Source of the DNA: Octopus sinensis
Taxonomy: Eukaryota
Assembly: GCF_006345805.1 (NCBI RefSeq)
Contig: NC_043003.1
Coordinates: 35,898,001 to 35,962,000 of the forward strand
Direction: 5' to 3'
DNA: 64,000 nucleotides
Made by a program: the position numbers and the translations under genes. The notes beneath the pieces were generated by a model. That model searched no databases. It saw only the letters and a program-made list of their open reading frames with translations, and was not told the origin of the DNA. Below are positions 48,902 to 61,626 of the stretch, in pieces. Position 1 is the first letter of the stretch, and every line of letters starts with the position of its first letter.

Positions 48902-50650
48902 TATGTTTGACTTTTGCTTTATATTTGTACAAGTTGGCTCCAAGTCTCACCCAGAGACCTCAAGAGACAACAGGGTTGGAAGTTCATGTTGTTGTTATGC
49001 CTAGTGTGCCATATATTTGGGGGGTGGGGATGTTGTACTAATGAATGTCTAAAAAAAAAAAGTTTTTTTTTTTTTTTTTTTTTTTTTAAACCGAAAATTA
49101 TGGTTGTTTTAAACCTTGAGGTTACATAGAGAGTATTTTGCGTAGGATATGAGCAGTTCCCATGAGCACTATCTTTTGAATTTCTGCCATTTTTGGGTTT
49201 CCTGGTATCTGAGTTAGGTAGCTATCAGCCCCTTTTGCTATCATTCCCAGGGCACCTATGACAACAGGTATTGTTTTAGTCTTCAGCTTCCAATTTTGCT
49301 GATTTCTATTTCAAGATCTTTATATTTGCTCAGTTTTTGGTAGGTCCTGACAGATACGTTTATATCGATTGGGACAGTCATATCAATGAGGAGGCATGTT
49401 CTTTGTTTGAAGTCTTTCAATATGATGTCTGGCCTATTTGCATCTATCTTCCTGTCAGTTTGAATGGTGAAGTTCCAGAGGAGTGCGATGTGGTCATTTT
49501 CAAGCACTGGGGGTGGTTTGGTGTTCCCACCAGTTTTTTTCATGGGGCAAATCCAGGTTTTTACAGATTACCCAGTGAATATATTGTGCAGCTCTATCGT
49601 GCCTGTTGAGATACTCTGTAGGCGCTAGAAGACTGCACTTGGAGACCACATGGTCAATGGTTTCATTTTGTTGCTTGCATGCACGACACGTTGGACTGCT
49701 TCTGCTGATCTTTAATATGTTGGCCTGGTAGTTTCTTGTTGGTAGGCATTGATCTTGAGCTGCTATGATAAACCCCTCTGTTTCAGATTTTAAGCCAGAG
49801 GCCATTAGCCATTGATGGGTCAGGGCTTTTCGATATCTGCATTATTCGCTCTCTTTAGGTATTTGCCGTAGAAGAGGTTTTTCTTGCCATTTATTATTCA
49901 GAATATCTAAGGCCGCAGTTTTGGCACGGGTTTTCATGCGCCTAGCTTTTTCTGTGCTTGTTTCTTGTATGTCTATCTCAATTCCGAAATTGGTTGTATT
50001 CGGAATTCACTTAGATATTCCTTTGCCTTTTTGTGACTGAGTATGATGCTTTCTTGTTTTCATGTTTTGAGACAAGTTTTAACATCCAGTCCTCAGAGTT
50101 TTTCAGGTAGGTGTCTAGGCCAATTGTAGCAATCTTCATTGTTATTGCCAGTTGCAAAAGACCACGGCCTCCCTCTTTTCTTGGCAGATAGAGTCGTTCT
50201 GTATCTGCCTTAGGGTGGTGCATTCTATGCATTGTCAACAGTTTCCTTATTTTTCTGTCGAGCTGACATATTTCAGTAATTGACCAGTTAACAATATTGA
50301 AACTGTAAGTCACGACTGGTATAGCTAATGCATTGATTGCTTCGATCCTGTTTCTGCATTCAGCTCTGTCTTGAGTATTGCTCTCCTCACCTTCGATAGC
50401 ATTCTCTCCTGATCCTTTCCTTCATCTCTGAATGCCTTATTCCGTTCCCTTCAATTACCCCTAGGTACTTGTAGCTCTCCGCTGGGTCTAGTTCTTTTAT
50501 GACATTCTGTTGGTCAAGGTTAACGTTAGATGTTTCTGTCATTTTTCCTTTGATAAAGGGTAGCCTTTGCACATTTATCGAGGCCGAAATGCATTCTGAT
50601 GTCGTCACTGAATTGTTTGACTATCGCTAGTAAGCCCTTGAGTTGTTGAT
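48901..50650 (-). mobile_element. R4/Dong-clade LINE, 5'-truncated (RT C-terminus, CCHC finger, RLE, 3' UTR, (TAA)n tail)
   Basis: SYKYLGV; LDRKIRKLLTMHRMHHPKADTERLYLPRKEGGRGL; ETEGFIIAAQDQCLPTRNY; CRACKQQNETIDHVVSKC; DRKIDANRPDII...LIDMTVP; (ATT)n flank at 48847-48900. Confidence 0.92.
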
Positions 50651-50867
50651 CATTTTTTTGCAAAAAGCTTTAATCATCCATGTAAACGAGATGATTTATA
50701 TTTTATCAAACATTTTATACCCGTACTGCGCGTCATTGAGCAGCTTTGAGAGAGGTATTAAGGATAAACAAAAGAGGAGTGGTGACAGTGAGTCACCCTG
50801 GAAAATGCCACACGAAATTTTTACATTAAATTTTTTACATTAAATTATTATTATTTTATTATTATTA

Positions 50868-50921
<54 letters not shown>

Positions 50922-50924
<3 letters not shown>

Positions 50925-51113
50925 TAGTTTTATTTTTATAGCGTGCTTTCACTTCACTACCGAGCGCAGCTCTGTGTGCCTTGGGTATGTGCTGTGATTT
51001 GTTGTGATGCTCTGATGGTTATGTATGGAAAGTGTTCTCTGCGTAGGATGTGTGCAGTGCCTAGTAGTGCAATTTTCTGTATGTTATATGTGTTTTAAGT
51101 CCTGTGTTTGTAA
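50922..51113 (-). mobile_element. R4/Dong subfamily A 3' end, flanked by (ATT)n on both sides
   Basis: Homologous to 37277-37440. Confidence 0.8.
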
Positions 51114-51131
51114 GTCCATTTTATTATTATC

Positions 51132-51177
<46 letters not shown>

Positions 51178-51249
51178 CGATTAATTAATTAATTGAGTGC
51201 CATTTCCAAGTAAGTTTATCTTCACCTGGAAAAGAAGTCGACAGTCACC

Positions 51250-51590
51250 AGTGCAGGCTACAGGGAAATGCTGGCCAAGAAACGCCGAAGTTTTTTTTAT
51301 GAAAGCAAGTCTTTATAGTTGCCCACATCTTAGAAGCCATTCACAAATTGGGTTCTGAGTTACTGGAAGATTCTGCATAATGTCCAGATCTTGCTCATTC
51401 CGTCTATGAAGTTTTGGATCTCTCAGACGAGGTCATCAATTTGCTGTTGACGAGGAGCGCAATAAGTAGTGCACTGAAAGGCAAGATTATGTTAAAAGAC
51501 GATGTAAAATTTTTCAACCTCCGGATTTGTTGTGATAAATGACAGAAACAAAGGCGCGTATAAATTTTTTCACTCAACCCCCGGATATGT
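51250..51590. mobile_element. Mariner-like relic
   Basis: Plus strand LGSELLEDSA*CPDLAHSVY resembles LGWEVL.HPPYSPDLAPSDY; TIR-like tttttcactcaacccccggata near 51570-51588. Confidence 0.45.
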
Positions 51591-51617
51591 TTGTGTGTGT
51601 GTAAGTGTGTATGTCTG

Positions 51618-51663
<46 letters not shown>

Positions 51664-51897
51664 AAAATGGAAACACCTATTTCAGGGATACACGAAACCA
51701 TAATGATGAAATGCGCGTAAGAACTTGAATATAAGCTTGTATTATCCATATTTCTTGAAAACTCACATTATTGTTGAATGCTCAAAATGAGGAGTAGATA
51801 GACAGCCGACAACTGATGAAGGGTCATTTCTCTGTTTACTTGTCGTGTTTTCCATTTTTTCTCTCGTTTACGTCCTAAACCCATAAATGCATATTAC

Positions 51898-51958
<61 letters not shown>

Positions 51959-52249
51959 TAATTGAACACAACGCATCCTTTTCCAAGTAAGTTTATCTTC
52001 ACCCTTTTCATGCGACTTTACTCTATACTGTTTTCTTCCTCCGTCCTTCTCTAATTCCCTTTTTCTCCGGCTCCCTCTTTTCTATCTGTCTGTCTCTCTC
52101 TCCCCTTCTTTTTCTTTTACCCTCTCTCAGTGCTCGCAGGTGACTATCGTCCATCTTTCCTTTCCTCAGGTGACCATCTTCCTTTTTACTGCAGGGACAT
52201 TCAAAGTTCTGGACTTCTTTTCTCTCTCTTAGATCTTTTCTCTTATCAA

Positions 52250-52590
52250 AGAAAATATTTCTCCCAGCTTTCACTATTTTCCTCCCGTTCTGTCCTAACA
52301 ACCCTATTTGTTTGTTTTCGTTCGGTTTCTTTGTATGTCTCCACTGTCCTGTTTTTGTTCCCAAATTTGACCCTCTATAAATCTTAAATTTTTAATTTAG
52401 AATTTATAGGAGCAACTGTCTTTGATGACTCATGTTGTCGAAGAATGCCCGAAACAAGGAGTAGATAAACAGCCGACAACTGATGAAGGGTCGTCTCCCT
52501 GTGTTAACTTATCCTGTTTTCCATTTTTTCTCTCGCTCTTTACATATTTAACACGTCTGTCTACGTATTTCATGTTGTTTGCACAGTCGG
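52250..52590 (+). mobile_element. Penelope-like 3' tail family copy
   Basis: aaatttgaccctct...cgaaacaaggagtagataaacagccgacaactgatgaagggtc; homologues at 51790-51880(+), 61060-61380(-), 5305-5510(+). Confidence 0.5.
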
Positions 52591-52650
52591 CGACGTCCTA
52601 TATATGATATGTATAATATGCATATATGTATGTACATATATTTATATATA

Positions 52651-52709
<59 letters not shown>

Positions 52710-52717
52710 TATATAAT

Positions 52718-52748
<31 letters not shown>

Positions 52749-53201
52749 GTATATATATATAATATATATATATATCCTTACAACTACATACACGCGTACA
52801 CACAAACACACACACATATATATAGATATGGATATATATATATATATACATATACATATGCACAAACATTTATACATATATATACATATATACATGCATG
52901 GACACATATATATAAACATGTATATTTATATATGTATGTATGTGCGCGTGTGTATGTGTGTCAGTGTGTATATGTCTGTGTGTGTTTGTGCATGTGTGTG
53001 TGAGCGTGTGTGAGTGTATGCAAAGATGTGGGGACGCGCAGACACACATCCTGAGAATGCATCGATTACATATATATATGTTTGTATATAAGTATATATG
53101 TACGTATGTATGTATGCATCTATCTATATATGTGTATATATGTATGTATATGTGTATGTATATGTGTATCTATCTATCTGTCTGTCTATCTATCTATCTC
53201 C

Positions 53202-53241
<40 letters not shown>

Positions 53242-53242
53242 T

Positions 53243-53913
53243 CGTGTGTACTTAGCACTCTACTGTATGGAAGTGAGACTTGGACGCTATACACACGCCA
53301 AGAGCGTCGCCTAAACATCTTTCACCTGCGCTGCCTCCGGAAAATCTTCCACATCAAATGGCAGAATCATATCCCCAATTAAGATGTCCTCAAGCAAGCA
53401 GGAATACCAAGCATGTTTGCACTCCTCACACAAAGACGTATGAGATGGCTTGGGCATGTTAGCCGTATGAAAGATGGCAGAATCCCCAAGGACATACTCT
53501 ACGGAGAGCGTGCTAAGGGTACTAGGTCTGTGGGTAGACCGTTCTTACGTTACAAGGATGTTTGCAAAAGGGACATGAAGGCCTGCAACATCAATATTAG
53601 CGGTTGGAAGGCAGTTGCCGGCAACCGTGGAGATTGGCGACGTACCGTAAAAGAGGGAATACAAAGGAGTGACAGAGAGAGAGAGAGAGAGAGGAGAGAA
53701 ATGGAAAGACAAGAAAAGACGTCAACAAGAAACTATGGCATTACAACCAGCCAGGAACAGTCTTCGTTACATTTGCGGTACCTGCCAGAGGCAGTGTTTG
53801 TCCAGGATAGGAGTACACAGCCACAGCAGGAAATGTATCAGGACATGAAATGTAAAAGCCGGACTAGACTATTTTATGCGCAACTCCATTGTCTCCCGAG
53901 ACAAAAAGGATGC

Positions 53914-53920
<7 letters not shown>
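53243..53920 (+). mobile_element. RTE-clade LINE 3' fragment (BovB-like C-terminus with zinc finger)
   Basis: [16 protein letters not shown]...[15 protein letters not shown]; RRMRWLGHVSRMKDGRIPKDILYGE...GRPFLRYKDVCKRDMK; YICGTCQRQCLSRIGVHSHSRKC in a shifted frame. Confidence 0.92.
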
Positions 53921-53959
<39 letters not shown>

Positions 53960-55459
53960 AGAGAGAGAGAGAGAGAGAGACAGAGAGAGAAATAGAGAGA
54001 TGGAGAGAGACATGCATACAAACACACGTATAGTATGTATAATATATTGTTAAACTGTATTAATTCCTAAAACCTAAATAATACGCGCTGTTGAAATAAT
54101 TTAAATGTACTCAGTATGACTGCAATAACGAAATCGTTGCATTTTTATGCATACATGTAAGTATGCACTATGCACGTATGTGCATGTAAATATGCATGTA
54201 TATATTTATATATACATACATGTAGGCATGTGGGTACGTATATACGTATCCATATGAATATATGATTGTGTTCTTGTGTGCGTATGCGTGTATGCATGTG
54301 TGCGTGTGTGTATGTTTGTGAGTGTGTGTGTCTGTGCGTGTTTTTGTTCCTGAACCGAGTAGCGATTTGTGTTCTTGATTAAACTATTTCATTTCACGTT
54401 GCTCCAGACACCACAAATAAAAATGATCTCCATTCTATTTCTACTGCAGCTATCAGTCGTTCTCCATTCTCCTGTCACATCTTCGGCGTCCGCTGAATCA
54501 AGATTTGGAAGTCGAGATTCACCTATGCATGTTATCGCGCGTTTCTAAAATACTGTCGAAAGCAAAGTACATCTCACCGAGAACTACTTGTGGCGGCTTC
54601 GCTTTTCTGTTGTTTTTTTAAATTTTTCCATGGTCTTGAAAGGAAGAGACAGCTCGGTTACTTGGTTAGTGTAAATACTAAAAGCAGTAAAAAAAAATGT
54701 ATTAAACAAATCTGAAATTAAATTCAAAACCAAGGTTTAAGATACGCCTACAAAGCAACAACAAAACGTACACACCCACAAACGCACACGCACATATTCA
54801 CGCAAGCGCACACTCGTACGCACGAAAAGTCACATGCAAGGAAGTAGCGACATTTATAGAGTGGGGGCGCATGGCTTAGTGGTTAGGGTGTTGGACTCAT
54901 AATCGTAAGATCGTGATTTCAATTCCTGTACTGGGCGATGAGGTATGTTCTTGAGCAAAACACTTCATTTCATGCTGCTCCAGTCCATTCAGCGAGCAAA
55001 AGGGAGTAATCCTGTGACAGACTGACGCCCATCCAGGTGGGGATTTTATATGCCTTGGAAACACTGAAACCGGTCCTTATAAGTCGCTATGATTCGAGAA
55101 GGTAATTTATGAAAGAAGGTAGTCACAATTATAGTCAAATATTAGCGAGATAAGAAAGATAACTTATTAGTCTGTGGAGGCAGACTCAAGTCACATAGAA
55201 TTGGAAAACAGAAAACAAAGATCCGAAACATTGTATACAAAAATGACAAGCATTCACATTTTTAAATGAATTTACAAGACGCATCCGGATGGTCATTAAA
55301 CAGCATCATTCTTCAACTTACCTCTGTCTGCCACTCTCCCTCTCTTCTTCTTTCTCTCTATTTCTTTCTCTCGTGTACATGTAGACACGCTAATACACAC
55401 TCTCACCACCAACTCTCCCTCTCTCAAACGTACAAATATGCATATTATATATATATATA

Positions 55460-55975
55460 TATTAGTTATCGCCATACTAATATGGCATTCTTATAAAAAT
55501 AAGAAAAAAGCTGACCGCTTATTAGCTCCATGAGGCCATCGCCCTTTAAGTTAGCTATTGATACACAATCTGTATCCATATAAACTTTGAACAAGGAGGT
55601 CAGTCGCTCCACACTACTTGGCCGGCAGCTACGAAACGCGTTTCGGGGTATTGCCCTTTCAATGCACGTAGCCAACCAGTAGGTGTCGCTTCCGACAATC
55701 TCTGTTCAAAGGTTTTATTACCTAGCTTCGGTGGAATACATCCACTTGTTTTAAATAATAGAAATATTAAAATTACTAAGTCTCTCTAAAAGAGAACAAC
55801 GGCAGCGTTCCCGTACAAATAGCTAACTTAAGGCGATGGCCTCATGGAGCTAATAAGCGGTCCGCTTTTTTTATTTTATAAGAATGCCATATTAGTATGG
55901 CGATAACTAATATTTTCCGGGAACGCTGCCGTGTTCTCTTTTAGAGAGACTTAGTAATTTTAATATTTCTATTAT
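55460..55975. repeat. Interlocked double inverted repeat A..B-A'-B' around a Penelope-type end
   Basis: A 55460-55559 / A' 55818-55912; B 55755-55813 / B' 55918-55975; hairpin with GAAACGCGTTTC palindrome at 55628-55672. Confidence 0.85.
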
Positions 55976-56115
55976 AATATATATATATATATTATATATA
56001 TATATACATAAATATATATAGATACATGTGTGCATATGTATATGTGTATATATATATATTATTATATACATATATATATATGTATATATATGTATGTATG
56101 TATATGTATATGTAT

Positions 56116-56153
<38 letters not shown>

Positions 56154-56306
56154 TTCTTTATATATAGGAATTTTAATGCCAAGAGGGAATATACAGCTTA
56201 AAATATGAGTTTACGTAATTTTTATAAATATTTAGCAGAAATAACAAAATTACTCAAGAACCGAGTTTACTGCGTTACACACATACACACATTCACACAC
56301 ACACAG

Positions 56307-56344
<38 letters not shown>

Positions 56345-56780
56345 CAGCGTGCATGCATAGGGTTATATGTATAAATACATACATACATACACACACATCC
56401 ACATTCACGGACACACACTCACACACATAACCAGATATATGTGTTTGTAAACATTGCGTTATTCTCTAAATTCCAGGTGATGAAATTATTTTAACTGTTA
56501 CCTTCACTAAAAAATAATCAGTAATTTACCTCCGCGCTAAATTTTCTCTTCTGCTTGTAATCTCCAAATCTAAGGCTGTACACATACACATTCGTCGATA
56601 CAATGATACGCGCATACATAAAAATGTATATATTATTTTTAACATTTAACTTTACGTACACGTACGTGAGTATAAAAGAGGTAATTACATGAAATCTTTC
56701 CAACGGTTGGATGTATTAAAAAGAGTTTCCTGGTTGAAATTCTCCCATGCTTAAAAATAATTCACATGTATGGTATGATG

Positions 56781-56870
<90 letters not shown>

Positions 56871-57323
56871 AATATATGCATTATACATTTATATATATAT
56901 ATATGATATATATTTACATTTATATTTATATATGAGATATATTATGTGTGAGTGTGTGTGCGTGTGTGTGTGTGTGCGTGTGCGTGTGTATGTATGTACG
57001 TATGTATCTATATATGTATTTATTTATGTATGAAAGTATATATAGGATTTCGAAGTTGGTCATTTCTTATGTTCCTATTTTAGTTATTTCAAAATCCGTT
57101 CGATTGTGTCTTATTTGACATACCCACACATAAACACATACACGCACTTACACACATACATATATACAAACATATACACATATATATATGTGTGTGTACA
57201 TATATATATATATATATATACATACATATATATATATATGTATATATATACATACATACACACACAGACACACACATATATATATATATATACATAAATA
57301 CACATATATATATACATTCATAC

Positions 57324-57354
<31 letters not shown>

Positions 57355-58122
57355 CGATGAGATCCTTCAGAGTTCTATCGAATGAACAGGGAAGGACTTT
57401 CTCGACTACAATAGCAGGCTTTGTGCTAGGTGCCATGCAGTAGGTCTGAACCTAGAGTCACACACGTACACACACTGTGAGTATCCACGATATTATTTAT
57501 ATACTACATATATATGCAAGTATGTATATATATATATATAAGCCATATTCGTTAGTCCGACCAACTTAATTTTGTTTCGCATGTTCTCAGACATATTTTG
57601 GAATACTTCATTCTTTGTGGCCTGCCGTAGCTCCTTTTTGGAAGCTCCTCGCTTTTCAACCACATGGTTTCCTCTTCAGTCCCAATGCGTATCACCTTGA
57701 ATAAACCTTGGGCCCAACAAAAACTTCTGACTGGATTTGGTAGACGGAAACCGAAAGAAGTATATGTATGTATGTATTTATGTATGTATGTATGTATGTA
57801 TGTATGTATGTATGTATGTATGTACATGTGAATATATCTATGTGTGTTTGCCCCGAGCCAGAGCTCGAGAACTGGGGCGATTCGACTAAATGCATTCACG
57901 GTGATGCCTTGACCTGCCTGCCGTCAATTAACTGAAACAAAGGAAATATATATATATATATAATATATATATATATATATAAAATATATAATAAATAAAT
58001 AAATAGATAGATAGATAGATAGATAGATATAAAGGGATGGATGAATGAATGGATGGATGGGTGGATGGATGGATGGATGGATAGATTTACATATATATAT
58101 ATACATATATTTATATATATAT

Positions 58123-58172
<50 letters not shown>

Positions 58173-58692
58173 CACAAACTCACGTACACACACACAGATA
58201 TAAAATACATATGCACATATGTATACGTATATATATACATATGTTATATGCGTGTGTGTGTTTTTGTTCGTATATTTACATGCATGTGCGTTTTTGACCA
58301 ATTATAGGTGTATTATAGGAAAATTTGACTAAATTTTTTTTTCATGAGCCAAAATTATGTCACACCTAATTACAGACACACACGTCTAAGAACTCTTTTC
58401 TCCAGCTCAAACCTTTAGATAAATAAATTGATTCATTAATCAATTGATTAATTAACTAATTAATTAATCAAATAAAGGTAACCGTCCACTCGTATTGTCT
58501 ATGTATTTAGGTGCAAGTGCTATGGAGCTGAATATTTAAGATGTATTATTATTATTCAACTTGTACTTTGCATTCGAGATATACGCGACATGTACTCTCT
58601 TTCTTTGTTATTCATCTCTTTAAACGAATAAGCGCATTAATTGATTAATGTATGTACTGTGCATACATCTCTGTCTTTTTCTTTCTGTCTCT

Positions 58693-58739
<47 letters not shown>

Positions 58740-58762
58740 ATTATATATATATAATTATATTG

Positions 58763-58803
<41 letters not shown>

Positions 58804-59170
58804 TATATATACATATATAATAATTCACTTCGGTGTATGTTATATGCCTATACATATATATATATACACACATACATATAGATTGATAGATATATGTATG
58901 TATATACATACATATACATTCAGGAAAGGCACACACGCACAACATATATATATATATGTCTTCTTTACTCTTTTACTTGTTTCTGTCATCTGACTGCGGC
59001 CATGCTGGAGCACCGCCTTTATTCGAAGAAATTGACCCCAGGACTTATTCTTTGTAAGTCTGGTAATTATTCTATCGGTCTCTTTTGCTGAGGACATAAA
59101 CGGGGACATAAACACACCAGCATCGGTTGTCAAGCGATGTTGGGGGGAACAAACACAGACACACAAACAT

Positions 59171-59215
<45 letters not shown>

Positions 59216-60499
59216 GGACAGGCTTCTTTCAGTTTCCATCTACCAAATCCACTCACTAGACTTTGGTTGACCCGAAGCTTTAGTAATAGACATTTGACCA
59301 TGATGCCACGCAGTGGGACTGAACCCAGAACCATGTGGTTGGTAAGCAAGCCACTAATGCGCCTATACACAGCCACTCCTAGGCATATATAATATATATA
59401 TATATATATGCTTATGTATATGTATGTATATGCTTTTGCGAGTATTTAAATGAATGCATGAATATATATTCAATATACGAATGTACAAAATCACGTATGC
59501 TTATAGATATATATATATATGTATCTTATGTAAAGATGTATCAATATATCTTACTACGCATACATGTATGTGTATGTGTGTGTGCCTGTGTGTGTGTATA
59601 CATGAATGATTATATATATATATATGTATATATATACATATATATATGTATGTATGTATATGTATATATATGTGTATATATAATTTAATGAAGGCTAGCA
59701 TTCCTTGTCTTCGAAGTCTTCACTATGCTTTTTGTAACAGTATAACGAATATTTACTCTACCAAAAGTATTGAGTACACCTTCGTTTTAATGTGAAGCTG
59801 TTTAAATTATATAACGCAAGCATGAATATATGCATATGTATATATGAATGTCTACACATGTGTAGATGTGTTTGTGCCTGCGTGTATACTTTAATTATTA
59901 AATGCAGTAAAGGTCAGTGTACATATGTCCCTGCTGATATAAATCTTTTTAATGTTGTTGTTGTACTTGTGGAATTATGGTAACTGTTTTAAATGCTATT
60001 GATGAATGAACGGTAATCGAATATACACGTTCACACATGCGCGCGCGTGCTCACCCACACCCACATACATAGACAAACACACGCACACACACACAAACGC
60101 ATATTCATACCTATTAATCACACATTCTTACATTGATACATACAGGTATACAAACATGCACGTATTTATACAGATCCACACCCCACCCACATATTTACAT
60201 TCATATACATATATAGTTACATATATATATATATTTATATATATATACATATGTCACATATATATACATATGTCTTCTTTACTCTTTTACTTGTCTATGT
60301 TTTCGTTTCTCCTTGTGTTCGACGTCCCTTTGGTGTCCTGTACTCATATATGCGTGTATATGTACATGTAGAGGTAGGTACGTACATATATGTTTTTATA
60401 TATGCATATGTTTATTCATTTATTAATATATATTACATAACATATATATATATATATATTATATATATATATATATAATATATACATATACATATATAA

Positions 60500-60705
60500 T
60501 TACGGAGATGTACTTGCATAGCAAGTGATTTGATATGAGATCGTGTGCTGAAACGAAAACAATTGCAGTGTGGAAGGTGTTTGTAAGCCATTTAAGAAAC
60601 ACCCAAAAGCCGTTCGATTCACTTCAACATTTAAGTTTAATTTATCAAAATATTTTCGTCGCTTTAAGACCGCGACTTGTTCACTGACAAAAATCCGTGC
60701 TGCAT
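60500..60705 (-). mobile_element. Penelope-like tail with a variant minimal hammerhead (G3-C8)
   Basis: Minus strand TGTCA-GTGAACA-A-GTCGC-ggtcttaaa-GCGAC-GAA-AATATT-T-TGATA at 60643-60689. Confidence 0.55.
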
Positions 60706-60725
60706 ATATATATGTTATATATATA

Positions 60726-60793
<68 letters not shown>

Positions 60794-61020
60794 CGTGTTC
60801 ACAGACATACTTGCATACATAAGAATAAGCGTACAGACATACTTACGTACATACATGCAAACGTACAAATATACGTACATATATACATACGTACAGACAT
60901 GCATGTATATATACATAAGTGCATACGTATATGCATACATACACAAGTGCATACGTACACACATACATACAAATATACATATATACGTACATACATATGA
61001 ACATATATGCATACATACAT

Positions 61021-61055
<35 letters not shown>

Positions 61056-61544
61056 TAAATACACACATACAGTGAGTAAACAAAGATATCTCTCGTCTTG
61101 CGTACATAGTTTATGCGAACAACGAGAGAAACAAATGGAAAGCAAGACAAGCAACATAAAGAACGACCCTTCATCAGTTATCGGCTGTTCATCTACCCCA
61201 CATTTCGAGCAATCAACGGCAACATGAGTTTTCGAAAAACTGCTCCTCCCGCAAACCGAAATAAAATTTGGGATTTTGCAGAGGGTCAAAGTTGGTAACA
61301 AAAACATGACAGTGAAACAAATAGTGTGGACTAAGGATAATCATATTAAAAGGGGTCAGTGGAAAGACTCATCTAAATAAAAGGGCTGGGAACCACTGTC
61401 TTAGTCTGTGACCTCATGAAATACGTTTTTTGCGCAAAACAGAGCTTCTTGTGTCTTTGAACAGAATTGACTCTTTAATTTGTTTCATATGTCTTCTGCT
61501 CCCAATCATTGTTGTTGTGTAGTTGTTGTCGTCGTCGTCGAATT

Positions 61545-61626
61545 GTTGTTGTTGTTGTTGTTGTGGTGGTGGTGGTGGTGGTGGTGGCGGTGGTGGTGGT
61601 GGTGGTGGTGGTGGTGGTGGTGGTGG
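61545..61626. repeat. (TTG)n-(TGG)n trinucleotide tract
   Basis: Direct reading; produces spurious polyP/polyQ/polyW ORFs. Confidence 0.95.

Noticed and set aside
52420-52500. GAAAC ... CTGATGA as a type II hammerhead (also ~51790 and ~61140-61230)
   Set aside because: Stem II is marginally possible (GCCC/GGGT), but no stem I can form next to the core in any of the three copies.
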